Positions 1-7,225 of a stretch of DNA of 20,000 nucleotides are shown here, one piece after another (position 1 is the first letter of the stretch; each line of letters opens with the position of its first letter). The DNA is from an uncultured virus (IMG/VR IMGVR_UViG_3300037044_000254) (lineage: Duplodnaviria; Heunggongvirae; Uroviricota; Caudoviricetes), in IMG/VR virus record IMGVR_UViG_3300037044_000254; one strand, written 5' to 3'. The translations under genes and the position numbers were made by a program. Below the pieces are notes generated by a model. The model worked only from the letters and a program-made list of their open reading frames with translations. It ran no database searches and had not been told where the DNA came from.

Positions 1-142
1 CATAGGATACCAGGGTAAAGATTTCGTCCACCACGCTGTCCTCGGTTTCGTGTTCCTGAATGTACTCGTCGATCATCGCCTTAATTTCTGGCGTGATCAG
101 GTGCTTGGGAACATATAAGGTTGCTCCGTAGTAATCAGCCAT
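1..142 (-). CDS. Hypothetical protein, 5' part (runs off window; MADYYGATLYVPKHLITPEIK...)
   Basis: GAGGAGG RBS then ATG at 142 overlapping the upstream gene end; frame open to window edge. Confidence 0.65.
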   Translation of the reverse strand, partial: MADYYGATLYVPKHLITPEIKAMIDEYIQEHETEDSVVDEIFTLVSY

Positions 143-344
143 TTAGGGCCTCCTCCTCTATGGGATCAGCCAGATCCTGAATCCCCTCAAGTAGATTTAA
201 GATGCCGTCTCTTTCCGGGCTGCTGATACCCAACCCTGCCAGCCAGGTTATTTGCTTGGAAAGCAGATCCAAGTCAACGCTGATAACTCCATATTCAGAG
301 CGGTCACAATTCATCAGGCTTGCTATTCTTTTTGGCTGTACCAT
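135..344 (-). CDS. Hypothetical protein (69 aa)
   Basis: GGAGG RBS, tightly packed in the minus-strand operon. Confidence 0.65.
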   Translation of the reverse strand: MVQPKRIASLMNCDRSEYGVISVDLDLLSKQITWLAGLGISSPERDGILNLLEGIQDLADPIEEEALNG

Positions 345-356
345 AAACCGCCTCCC

Positions 357-857
357 TTACCCTTCCCCGAAAGGATTTAACGATTCTTCTTCCACCTCTG
401 CATCGAAGTGCATCTGGGCCATGTGAATGATGTAATCCGGTTCGATGTCGTTCTCCCGGGCCAGGTGCAGCAGGTCCGCCACCAGGTCATAAATGCCGGT
501 GGTCAAATCGATGCCCCCTGATTCAATGTCCTCTTTGAAAACGGCCATGACCGCCTTTTCACCTGTCGCAGCCCTTTCGTTATTGGTCAAAATCAAGTTA
601 CCTGCTGCCCGGTGGACAACATCGCCCGCGGCCCAGTTCAACAGTTCAGCCCCCACCTTCCGGGCGGTTTCTTTGTCGATAATGGCGCTGCCCCGATATG
701 CCCCAGCCGGTCCGCGGATGTCGAGAGAAAGACAGCACGGCATTTGAAAATCGGGATAGAGTTCGATAATCCCATGAGATGTTTTGCCGTTTTTCCGATT
801 GGAGTTAGCCCCAAAGCCATCTTTGCTGGTATCGAAGGGAATTTGCAGCATGGTCAT
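357..857 (-). CDS. Hypothetical mobile-element protein (C-terminal helical 'DLVADLLHLA' domain)
   Basis: AAGGAGG RBS, 166-aa ORF, operon context. Confidence 0.7.
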   Translation of the reverse strand: MTMLQIPFDTSKDGFGANSNRKNGKTSHGIIELYPDFQMPCCLSLDIRGPAGAYRGSAIIDKETARKVGAELLNWAAGDVVHRAAGNLILTNNERAATGEKAVMAVFKEDIESGGIDLTTGIYDLVADLLHLARENDIEPDYIIHMAQMHFDAEVEEESLNPFGEG

Positions 858-891
858 GCCTCCTTTACAAAATGCGGTTCAAATTATTCCT

Positions 892-917
892 TAAAGGCCG
901 GAGGCGTCCGGCCCCTC
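892..917 (-). terminator. GC-rich hairpin downstream of the DUF3150 gene (terminator or processing stem)
   Basis: GGGGCCGGA-cgcc-TCCGGCCTT followed by only a short T run. Confidence 0.45.
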
Positions 918-921
918 AGGG

Positions 922-1854
922 TTAGCTCAAGTCGATCATCCGCTTGTAATTCCCGGAGATGGCATTCACGTCCTCGGTCTTGGAAGCCACCGCGGCCACC
1001 TGGTCGGCTAATCCCGCCAACTCAGCTTTGAGGGCGTCGTTGTCCTTGAGGGTCTTGATGTCCACCCCGTCCAGGCCGGCCTTCAGCTTCGCCAGTTCCT
1101 CCTCCAGAGGCTTGTAGCCGAAGATGTTCATGTCCCGGGACCAATCGTGGAGCTTGCGGACCTTCTCCAGCGAGTCGTTGCGGATGACCTTCCCCTCCCG
1201 CATTTTGAGCGACAAGTCGGCCACCACTTCCCGGATGGTCTTCATGTAGTCCAGGAAGGCCAGCTCGACGGCCTCTTTGCACTTGGCCTCCAGCTCGGCC
1301 TTGGCCCGCTGGTAGGCCTCGATGACTTCCGGGGCGCTGGTCTTGGAGGGGGGCTCGGCCGCCTTGATCTCAGTGATGGTCCAGAAGAAATCGAATTTCC
1401 GCCGCAGGACTTCCCGGGGGGGATAGTGGGGCCTCATCAATTCCCAGGAACCGGGATGCTTCGATTCGCAGAAGGCTTTCCACTCATCCCGGATGGCGTC
1501 GTACTTCTCGCAGAACTCGTCGGCCAGGGCCAGGTATTCTCTCTGCACCTGGGCCAGCCTTTCCAGGGTCTGGGCCAGCCTGCCTTTGGGAGAGCACCGC
1601 ACCCATTCCAGCACGAAATCGTAGGTGTTTTCGTTTAAGACGCGCCGCCCCTCACTGATCTTGCGGTTGAAAGCCTGGCGCCATTCGGCCGGGTAGAGTT
1701 TTTTGTTCCCCAGGTGGAAGAACTCCGGGACCTGCTCCATCCCCAGGTCCTCTTTGGTGAGGTTCACGATTCCGGGCCAGCTTTTGGTGCAGAGCTGGAT
1801 CGCCACCAGTCCGTCAAAGCCGTTGTCATTCGATTTCTTTGTGCTCATGGTCAT
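922..1854 (-). CDS. DUF3150-family protein
   Basis: N-terminal 'LVAIQLCTKSWPG..LTKEDLG..PEFFHLGNKKL' pattern plus long helical C-terminus; GGAGG RBS favours a start at 1854 or 1848 rather than 1914. Confidence 0.75.
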   Translation of the reverse strand: MTMSTKKSNDNGFDGLVAIQLCTKSWPGIVNLTKEDLGMEQVPEFFHLGNKKLYPAEWRQAFNRKISEGRRVLNENTYDFVLEWVRCSPKGRLAQTLERLAQVQREYLALADEFCEKYDAIRDEWKAFCESKHPGSWELMRPHYPPREVLRRKFDFFWTITEIKAAEPPSKTSAPEVIEAYQRAKAELEAKCKEAVELAFLDYMKTIREVVADLSLKMREGKVIRNDSLEKVRKLHDWSRDMNIFGYKPLEEELAKLKAGLDGVDIKTLKDNDALKAELAGLADQVAAVASKTEDVNAISGNYKRMIDLS

Positions 1855-1863
1855 GCCTCCAGA

Positions 1864-1894
1864 AAAAGATAAAGGCCGGACAATGCCGGCCTTT
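1864..1894 (-). terminator. Terminator-like hairpin immediately upstream of the DUF3150 RBS
   Basis: AAAGGCCGG-cattgt-CCGGCCTTT followed by ATCTTTTT. Confidence 0.55.
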
Positions 1895-2033
1895 TGTTGC
1901 GGGAACCCGTTCATCCCTTATGTTTCTGTTGTTGACCTCAATTTAGCTTGGTTCAGTTATTATTCAGAAAAAAAAGACCTAGCAGCTCAAATTCTGCCAG
2001 GTCTCCGGATTTGCTTAATCGCGATTAATTTTA

Positions 2034-2363
2034 TTAATTCCCGTCTGCTGCTCCAATAGAGGCTTTCTTTTTATGTAGGTCTTGAATAAGACCTTGAAGC
2101 CTCTCTAAAATTACTTGGATGTCGTATCGTTCCATAAGAACCGCTAAGTCGCTACTAAGATCTTCATTCATTAATGTCCCCGATGGGACCGTTAAGATTT
2201 TAGCGATACGTGAGAGAATTTTCAATGAAGGGACTCTCTCTCCTCTTTCAATCATGGAAATGTGTGAAGTGGAAACTTTGCAGGCTTTTGCCATTTTTTC
2301 TTGGGAAAGCCCTTTTTCAAGTCTTAATTGCTTAATTTTCTTACACGAAATGACGTCAGGCAT
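2034..2363 (-). CDS. XRE-family (HTH_3) transcriptional regulator
   Basis: IKQLRLEKGLSQEKMA...STSHISMIERGERVPSLKILSRIA is a canonical XRE HTH. Confidence 0.9.
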   Translation of the reverse strand: MPDVISCKKIKQLRLEKGLSQEKMAKACKVSTSHISMIERGERVPSLKILSRIAKILTVPSGTLMNEDLSSDLAVLMERYDIQVILERLQGLIQDLHKKKASIGAADGN

Positions 2364-2409
2364 ATCGCACGCTCAAGTTGGAAAACGGTTGTTTCCACTA
2401 CGGGGAACT

Positions 2410-2469
2410 TTAGAGATTTCTATGACCCCCAAAGCGGCTGACAAATTGGATAATCGATATTTGTTTCAT
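2410..2469 (-). CDS. Possible 19-aa peptide MKQISIIQFVSRFGGHRNL
   Basis: Strong GGAGGAG RBS directly before the ATG; below the ORF-track cutoff. Confidence 0.35.
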   Translation of the reverse strand: MKQISIIQFVSRFGGHRNL

Positions 2470-2500
2470 AGCGACTCCTCCTTTGTCAGCGATTTTATAT

Positions 2501-2791
2501 TTAGGCTGATATATTAAACAGCCACTGTATAATCTCATAAACCTTTTCAGCCACGCTTACCATTTGTGTTAAAGAAGCAACCCTATCATTCTTTTTGTTG
2601 GCCGCCTTATCGGCCATTTCAGAAATGTCTTGTTCCGAGTCGTTCATAAATTGCTCGGAAATTTCGAGTTGCCGTCTCATAAGTCTGATTTCGATGCATT
2701 CCGCCCGAAATGACTTATGTTTTGCCAGTCGCGCTTCAAGGTCCGTGAGAAATTCTCTGAGTTCCCTGAGTGAGCGGGATATATTCTTCAT
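2501..2791 (-). CDS. Hypothetical coiled-coil protein (96 aa)
   Basis: AGGAGGAGG RBS; AT-richer segment. Confidence 0.7.
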   Translation of the reverse strand: MKNISRSLRELREFLTDLEARLAKHKSFRAECIEIRLMRRQLEISEQFMNDSEQDISEMADKAANKKNDRVASLTQMVSVAEKVYEIIQWLFNISA

Positions 2792-2949
2792 TTTACCTCC
2801 TCCTTTCAGATCATGTATTTGAAAGTCGGTAGGGAAGACATCCGCCCACTCGCAGCGATATCCTGCAAACTTTTATTTTTTGCTTACCGCCTCATTAGCC
2901 ACCCCCTGTTCGGTTTTCTTATTTTTCGCCCGCCTCCCTCCGAGCTATA

Positions 2950-2982
2950 ATTTCACTTTAAGTGAAATATTGTGTTTGTCAA
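2950..2982 (-). promoter_or_regulatory. Sigma70-like promoter with a palindromic operator over the -10
   Basis: TTGACA (2982-2977)-N16-TAAAGT; palindrome ATTTCACTT-T-AAGTGAAAT at 2950-2968. Confidence 0.6.
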
Positions 2983-3074
2983 GGGAAAATTAATGAGTAT
3001 ATAAATTTTTTTGCAATCCTCTTTCAACCCATTTAAGGCAGCTGCCCAGAACTGGTTGAAAGTAATGAGGGTTT

Positions 3075-3290
3075 TTACTTAAAGAGGGCTGTTTCGATTT
3101 CATCGACCCGCTCCGAGTCCACGTCGTCCACCCCTTGAAAGACATAAACCGGGTTTCCCTCGAATTCCTTGATTCTCTCATCGTCTCCGCCTTCAGTATC
3201 AAAGTCCAGGACCATGACCTCGATGCCCTCCTGGTCGGCCATGATGTGTTGAATCAGGCCGCCGTCCATCGTGATGACCACTCTTGCCAT
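3075..3290 (-). CDS. Small acidic hypothetical protein
   Basis: AAGGAGGAGG RBS; 'VVITMDGGLIQHI' beta-rich N-terminus. Confidence 0.75.
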   Translation of the reverse strand: MARVVITMDGGLIQHIMADQEGIEVMVLDFDTEGGDDERIKEFEGNPVYVFQGVDDVDSERVDEIETALFK

Positions 3291-3305
3291 GAGCCCACCT
3301 CCTCC

Positions 3306-3464
3306 TTAACCGCACCAGGGATTATGATTAAGCTCCTCGAACCCCGGGGCCGGAGGGCCAAGGGTCGAAAGAATTTGATCGGCTTCCGGGGTCCACCAAT
3401 CAGTGGCCGCCTTGCCGTCCGGAGAAAAATCCAGGGCGATTTCTTCATGCTTTTTGTTTGGCAT
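3306..3464 (-). CDS. 52-aa protein resembling the DUF2997 N-terminus, ending NHNPWCG
   Basis: ATG at 3464 overlaps the end of the upstream gene; EEIALDFSPDG resembles TEIILDFAPDG. Confidence 0.55.
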   Translation of the reverse strand: MPNKKHEEIALDFSPDGKAATDWWTPEADQILSTLGPPAPGFEELNHNPWCG

Positions 3465-3633
3465 TGGTCCGCACCCCCTGAAAATATTCTGGTTTGTTCT
3501 GGCGGTTCGACACCACGCCCAGGGCCTTCTCGAAATGGCCCATGGCCTCATCGCAACCCTTGCCCTGGAATCCCTTGCCTTCCATTTTGACCTCGCCGTC
3601 AGGGGCAAAATCCAAGATAATTTCTGTTGCCAT
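3445..3633 (-). CDS. DUF2997-family protein
   Basis: 'IILDFAPDGEVKMEGKGFQGKGC...FEKALG...KPEYF' signature; typical neighbour of DUF1257 and AAA genes. Confidence 0.85.
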   Translation of the reverse strand: MATEIILDFAPDGEVKMEGKGFQGKGCDEAMGHFEKALGVVSNRQNKPEYFQGVRTNAKQKA

Positions 3634-3636
3634 GCC

Positions 3637-4047
3637 TTATCTCCTGCAGACCAGCCGGATGCGGCCGTCGCCTTGTTTTTCTTCAGTGACTCGATAGCCC
3701 TTCTTCTTGGCTTCGGCTTTGGCTTTCTCTACCCCGTAGGACTGCTTGAGCTTTCCCAGCCAGGAGTCGTTATAGCCGTTTTCCTTCCGGTCAAAGTCGG
3801 AGATATGAGCCCGGTATAAACCATCCGAGTACTGCTGGAAACCGATGTCGTTGGCTGCCATGCCCACATGCTGCCGCCGGATGATGATGTGGGCCTGCTG
3901 CTCTCGCTTATCTCCCTGGTAGCCGTAAAGAGCCTTGGCTTCCTGGTGGACCTCTAACTTATCCGGACCAAAACCCAAACGCCCCAACGCGGCCACCAGG
4001 GCCGCCTTGTCCCGAAACTCAACCTGCACTTCTGAGTAGTGGCTCAT
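3637..4047 (-). CDS. DUF1257 (Ycf35-like) protein
   Basis: 'MSHYSEVQVEFRDKAALVAAL..LGF', 'NDIGF', 'LKQSYG..A...GY.V.E' motifs. Confidence 0.85.
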   Translation of the reverse strand: MSHYSEVQVEFRDKAALVAALGRLGFGPDKLEVHQEAKALYGYQGDKREQQAHIIIRRQHVGMAANDIGFQQYSDGLYRAHISDFDRKENGYNDSWLGKLKQSYGVEKAKAEAKKKGYRVTEEKQGDGRIRLVCRR

Positions 4048-4259
4048 CAGTTTCCTCCCTCCGGGCCGACAATGCCCATGATCTTGATTTCAGATTGGAT
4101 GCCCACGTTAAGCAGTTCCTGGACACAGGCGTCGATATCACCCTCATGCAGGGCCTTTGCCCTGGCGGTAATTATGAGCCATGCCCATTTTGGAAGGCTT
4201 ATCGGGACCGGAACCTCGATGATTTGCCGAGTTTCTTCGCTGATCTCCACGGCCATCAT
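4047..4259 (-). CDS. Hypothetical protein (70 aa)
   Basis: ATGA coupling to the AAA stop at 4256-4259 and overlap with the DUF1257 start. Confidence 0.6.
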   Translation of the reverse strand: MMAVEISEETRQIIEVPVPISLPKWAWLIITARAKALHEGDIDACVQELLNVGIQSEIKIMGIVGPEGGN

Positions 4260-5674
4260 AACTGCACCCTCCTCTTCCCCTTGACCTCTTCCAGGACCGG
4301 CTTGCTGGCCGGGATGGTCCGGGCCCGTGCCCATTCCCTGAGACGGTCCATCTGGTCTTTCTGTGACCGGGAAATGGGGATGACGAACCGGGCTGCCGCC
4401 GAAAGATCCCCGCCGTTGTAAGCGGCCTCGATGGCCACCTGCCGGATTTCCGCACCACTGTAGCTGTCCAGGTCCGGCATTTTGGGGAAGTCGAGGTTTT
4501 TCTTACCCATAAACTGCCCCAGGTAAATCTCCAGGATGTCGTAACGCTGCTGAAGACCAGGATTCTCCACAAAGAAGATAGCGTCCCACCGGCCCATCCG
4601 GGTGTATTCCGGGGGGAGCTTCGAGTAATCGTTGCAGGTAGCGATCACGAACACCTCAGAGGTGTGGTCGTTCAGCCAGGTTAAGAAGGCGCCCCCCACC
4701 CTTTGGGTCGTGCCGCCATCCGTGGAAGACCCGCCCACCCCGGCCAGCCCCTTCTCGATCTCGTCAATAAAGAGGATGCAGGGCGCCATGGCGTCCACCA
4801 CCTTCAGGGCTTCCCGGATCTTCGCTTCCGATTCACCAACCAGGGAGCCAAAGATTTTACCCATGCTCAAGGAGAGGCAGGGCCAGCCCACCTGATTGCC
4901 CAGAGCCTTGGCAAAGTGGCTCTTACCAGTCCCCGGGATTCCCAGGAGCAGGATCCCCCGGAAAGGCAACCCGGGGCGCCGCTTCTCGAACCGGCCCAAC
5001 GTCCAGTCCTTGAGGTTCTCCAGGCCGCCCAGGGTTTCAAAGGTTTCCTTGAACTGGCTGAACTCCAGGGCCGCCGACTTCTTGACCATCTGGGCCTTTA
5101 GCTCGGTGATGGTTTTGGGGTCGAAGCATTTCTGCCGCACCAGGGCTAACGCCATGGCGTTCTCTGCTTCCTCCCAGGTGAGCCCCTGAGCCGCATCCAG
5201 GACCATGTCCTCATCCCCGGCCTTGACCCCGGTGCTATCCTCCAGGCCTGCCAGGATTCCCCTCAACTCTTCCCGGGTGGGCAGGGGAAAATCCAGAACC
5301 ACCACCTCCCGCTCCAGTTCCGCGGGCAACTCAGCGTCCGGGGCAACCATGACCAACGTGATCCCCTTGGCCTTGTAAACCGGCAGGTTGTTTTGAATTG
5401 CCTGGATAACCGGCGGCTCCTTAATAAAGAAATGGTAATTTCTCAGGAACCACACCGATTTTTCTTTGCCCCTTGCCGCCGCATTAGGAAGGTCAAAGGG
5501 GTCGCACTCTTGCCACTCCGCCCCGTTGCCCAATTCCCGATAGCCCCTCACGATGTCCCATTGATAAGGGGTCCTGCCGTTGATCTTCTTGACCATGGAG
5601 CCAATGAACCGCTCCGGCTCATGCGTCCGTACCATAAGGACCGGGTAACCGGCCTTCAGATAATCGGTGATCAT
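4256..5674 (-). CDS. AAA+ ATPase (Ycf46-like: degenerate N-terminal domain plus active C-terminal AAA)
   Basis: Walker A GIPGTGKS, Walker B ILFIDEIEK, SRH/Arg finger 'ATCN..LPPEYTRMGRWD'. Confidence 0.92.
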   Translation of the reverse strand: MITDYLKAGYPVLMVRTHEPERFIGSMVKKINGRTPYQWDIVRGYRELGNGAEWQECDPFDLPNAAARGKEKSVWFLRNYHFFIKEPPVIQAIQNNLPVYKAKGITLVMVAPDAELPAELEREVVVLDFPLPTREELRGILAGLEDSTGVKAGDEDMVLDAAQGLTWEEAENAMALALVRQKCFDPKTITELKAQMVKKSAALEFSQFKETFETLGGLENLKDWTLGRFEKRRPGLPFRGILLLGIPGTGKSHFAKALGNQVGWPCLSLSMGKIFGSLVGESEAKIREALKVVDAMAPCILFIDEIEKGLAGVGGSSTDGGTTQRVGGAFLTWLNDHTSEVFVIATCNDYSKLPPEYTRMGRWDAIFFVENPGLQQRYDILEIYLGQFMGKKNLDFPKMPDLDSYSGAEIRQVAIEAAYNGGDLSAAARFVIPISRSQKDQMDRLREWARARTIPASKPVLEEVKGKRRVQL

Positions 5675-5703
5675 CGTCTTGTCTCCAGAAAAGATGGTTT
5701 TAC

Positions 5704-6060
5704 TTAAAGGTTGTCAAACAGGCTCGGATCCCGCAGTTCCGGGACCGTCACTCCCAGGTGCTTCTCCAGCCATTCGGCCACCAGGCGCCGGTGACAGAAT
5801 TTGCCCGGAGCCTCCCAACAAATGAGGATGGAATTTTTCCCCAGATCCTCGTAAACCTTCCGGGGGTCCAGGTTGTCCAGGATCTTCTGATACTCTTCCC
5901 GGTAGGTGTCCTCGTCCATCTTTAGCATCTCGCGCCGAGGGGCCAGGGCCGGGTAGCTGCGGCCCCGGTACCACCGCGGGGCCCGGAGGGCGATAGAGAC
6001 GCTACTGCTCCCGAAGCCGTCTTGTTGGCTGCATATTCTTGAGAAGTTACTGGTTTGCAC
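5704..6060 (-). CDS. DUF488-family protein (copy 1)
   Basis: 'ILICWEAPGKFCHRRLVAEWL' motif; GTG start with AAGGAGG RBS. Confidence 0.8.
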   Translation of the reverse strand: MQTSNFSRICSQQDGFGSSSVSIALRAPRWYRGRSYPALAPRREMLKMDEDTYREEYQKILDNLDPRKVYEDLGKNSILICWEAPGKFCHRRLVAEWLEKHLGVTVPELRDPSLFDNL

Positions 6061-6143
6061 CCCACCTCCTTTCGGGGCGCCCCGTCCTCGTGCCTTCCAG
6101 GACGCCCCGGGCTATGGGTTTAATCACATAAGCCCTACGCGAG

Positions 6144-6317
6144 TTATTTGAATTGGTCCAAGAGCGTCCAGCCCACCTTGTCCTCGCCCAGGCGGTCGGA
6201 GATCATGCCGACCATCTCATCTTTGGTCATGCCCGGAAGATCAATAATGAGCTTGAGGCTTCTGGCTATCCGCCGCACCTTGGCCGCCGGGAGCTTTTTT
6301 AATTGGGATATGGTCAT
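6144..6317 (-). CDS. Small Rho-N/HeH-like nucleic-acid-binding protein (57 aa)
   Basis: 'LKKLPAAKVRRIARSL...PGMTKDEMVGMI' pattern; GGAGG RBS before ATG 6317. Confidence 0.55.
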   Translation of the reverse strand: MTISQLKKLPAAKVRRIARSLKLIIDLPGMTKDEMVGMISDRLGEDKVGWTLLDQFK

Positions 6318-6339
6318 CGTCGTTGCCTCCAGTCGGGAT

Positions 6340-6960
6340 ATGAGTAAGGCACTCAAAGAGAGGCACGAATCCGCCAGACTCGCGCCCCGTCGTTCAGAGC
6401 CTCACTACAATTTTTGTTAAGGGTTATCAGCTTCACGCTTTGCTCGCCGGCCGCTTGAACATTGTCCGCCGTTCTCGTTCCCTTCCTTCCTGGAGTTTCC
6501 GTCGCTCCTCCACCTCCAGGCCGCTTGCGCTCAGGATTGATTCAGGTTTCCGCTGTCCCGCACATCTCCGGGTCCTCTCTGCGCTTGGTATAAGGAGACC
6601 AAAAACCAGGGTATCTTTTAGGAGGGTCCCTACCTCCAGGATTCGTCTCGGCCAATCCATAAGTCCGTGAGCTTCTTGGTTTCCTGCCAGAGTGCTCAGT
6701 CCTCAGCAGTTTTCCGGTCCTGCTAACCTACCCGCCTTTTCCAGTTTGACCCTTGAGCCGGGGAGGCCTCGCTCGCCCTCCGGGTATCCCAGTTTCGGGA
6801 ATCCATTGCGCCTTGAGCTGCGCCTCATTTGCAATTTCGCTTTTCCCGTAGGATTGCCAGAGTTGCTATCCTCTTTCTGATTGTAACCAGCGCTGCCTTC
6901 TGTTTTGTGGGGGGTTCTATTAGGCTCCCGGACTCCCCCCCGGGGAGCGCTGCTGGTTAC
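6340..6960 (-). ncRNA. Candidate long structured non-coding RNA or leader
   Basis: No convincing CDS; dense hairpins, including a 12-bp stem at 6360-6388 that closes fully only on the minus strand via G-U pairs. Confidence 0.35.
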
Positions 6961-7066
6961 GGCTTTTGCGCCTTTACTTTATCCTATAGTTGCGTCCTCC
7001 TTTATTACCATGATTTGTTATTGTTATTTAGTTTTATCCTATAATATTACGCACCTATGTAAAGAA

Positions 7067-7102
7067 GTTTATTCTCACAATCGCAGGTTTATTCTCACAA
7101 TC
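7067..7102. repeat. 16-bp direct repeat GTTTATTCTCACAATC x2 (20-bp period)
   Basis: Exact copies at 7067-7082 and 7087-7102 in AT-rich intergenic DNA. Confidence 0.85.
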
Positions 7103-7225
7103 CTAAGTAGTGTTTAGCATTGTAATTAACGTTACTTCAGATTAAGGACAAATCTCACCGCTCCCAACTGTTATTGGGTTTTATAAGGATATTATTTATG
7201 GGAATCAGTAACGCTGCATTAAGGT

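Noticed and set aside
6340..6960. Group II intron, tRNA or CRISPR interpretation of the structured tract
   Set aside because: No domain V motif, no cloverleaf/T-loop, no regularly spaced repeats, and no RT or cas genes in the window
6433..7117. Several 60-76 aa ORFs on both strands
   Set aside because: No convincing RBS/start pairs or protein-like motifs; the AAGGAGG near 7000 is followed by ATA and an immediate stop
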